The position numbers and the translations under genes were made by a program. Below the pieces are notes generated by a model. That model did no database searches. It was not told where the DNA came from and saw only the letters and a program-made list of their open reading frames with translations. From contig NC_086097.1 in assembly GCF_963921235.1 (NCBI RefSeq), positions 83,888,001 to 83,952,000 of the forward strand: 64,000 nucleotides of DNA, read 5' to 3'. Below, in pieces: positions 62,771 through 64,000 of the stretch (positions are counted from its first letter, which is position 1; each line of letters opens with the position of its first letter). The DNA comes from Mobula hypostoma (lineage: Eukaryota).

Positions 62771-63727
62771 CTCCCTTTGATTAAAATAATACTAAGAAAA
62801 TCATATGCAGGAAACTGTTGGCGCATCATGTATGACTAGAGTGTCTTTCTTTTGATTTTAACTTTGTTCCTTTGAAGCTAAATAAAATATATCATACTAA
62901 ATTACTACCAATTTGTATTTAAGAGAGTAATTTTATTTCTAGACTAATTATTCCCCGGCCAAAACCTACATGTAGATTCAAAAGAGCTTTTGTTAATAAG
63001 ATTGAAACAGAACAAATTCAAGATTTGTGTCACATGAATGATTTGTCTAATAAAAAATAGAAAAGTGCAGCTTTAACATCTATAGGCTTCCGGTAAAAGT
63101 CTAAAAAGTGTCCAGTAACTCTTTAATAATCTTATCCTGGACAAATACATAAAGCTAAAATATGAGGAACAGACAATGAAAAGTAACAAGTAAATACTAA
63201 ATTCAATTCAGATAACAATTTATTAATCCCCACTAAATTACAGAGTTGAGTGTGGGTAGGATGTTTCCATCGGTGAATGACCTTTGAAACATTTGAAAGG
63301 GATTGAAAGCAACAGCCTAATATAACATGTTTTTAAAAAGCTATTATGCCTTTCTACATCTCTAAATTACAGAACTGTGGGATATGACATAAACTTCTTT
63401 AGAAGTAAGAATCGAAAACCACAGTATTACTTAAATTGTGATGTTCCAAACAATCTGGATGTCTTCATACAAGAAGCAAAGTTATTTATGTAGTACAAGT
63501 AATTAAGGAGAAGCAAGGAAAATAAAATACCAGAATAAGAAAATTTGTCATAGATAATACAGGGCTTTGAAGTTTTGATCTCCAGCTACAAGGGTTCAAT
63601 TCTAACTGCCACTGCTATTAGTGTGGAATTTTTTAACAATTCTTGTGCAGTTTTGGGTTTTCTCTGGGTGGTCAGTTTCCTCCTATGCCCCAAGAACATA
63701 TTGGCTATTACACTAACAGGCTACTGT

Positions 63728-64000
63728 TGTGATGCGCAACTACATATCAATTAAATAAAAGCACACACACCAGAGATGGTTTTAATTGGTGTTTTCACAT
63801 TGCAGTGAGCGAGAGAGAGAGAGCGATTCATGTGCCTGCATAGAAAACAGTCCATGCAAAGTGCTAAGGGGAGTCGCTGCTCTAAAAGAAATAGATCCAC
63901 ACATTACACTTCCTCCCCCTTTAGATCAATGTTACATAAAACTGTATACTGAATGTACAAAATATTCAACTTCCCTTTTACAAACCATATTCAAAGAAAC
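63728..64000 (-). mobile_element. 3' LTR and PPT of an LTR retrotransposon running off the window
   Basis: Minus strand: PPT AAAGGGGGAGGAAG (63909-63922) directly before TGTAATG...CATCACA (LTR 63728-63908). Confidence 0.75.

Overview
This is vertebrate genomic DNA, most likely from a cartilaginous fish (shark or ray; inferred from the repeat content). It is not prokaryotic. The + strand carries the 3' end of an alpha-actinin-1 (actn1) gene. The coding exons are a spectrin-repeat-4/EF1 exon (1716-1862), the alternative non-muscle (NM, 4387-4467) and smooth-muscle (SM, 4848-4913) EF-hand exons, exon 12125-12283, and the terminal exon 19737-19895. A probable long 3'UTR follows. The ORF track misses the SM exon. 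Both alternative exons have long AG-free zones upstream, which points to distant branch points. The introns and the ~41 kb downstream are a mosaic of decayed and nested transposons: CR1 and Rex1/Babar-like LINEs, an R4-like fragment, Gypsy elements and LTRs, tRNA-derived SINEs, Tc1/mariner/Tigger-type elements and Penelope-like repeats. The most notable observations are four. (1) A TSD-flanked, polyadenylated 2-kb L1 keeps ORF1 but has lost almost all of ORF2 (half-L1-like). (2) Minimal hammerhead-ribozyme cores lie inside the Penelope-like repeats. (3) A TSD-flanked insertion forms a perfect 44-bp palindrome. (4) SINE families appear to have swapped head and tail modules. All repeat family assignments come from motif recognition, not database searches, and boundaries without a TSD are approximate.
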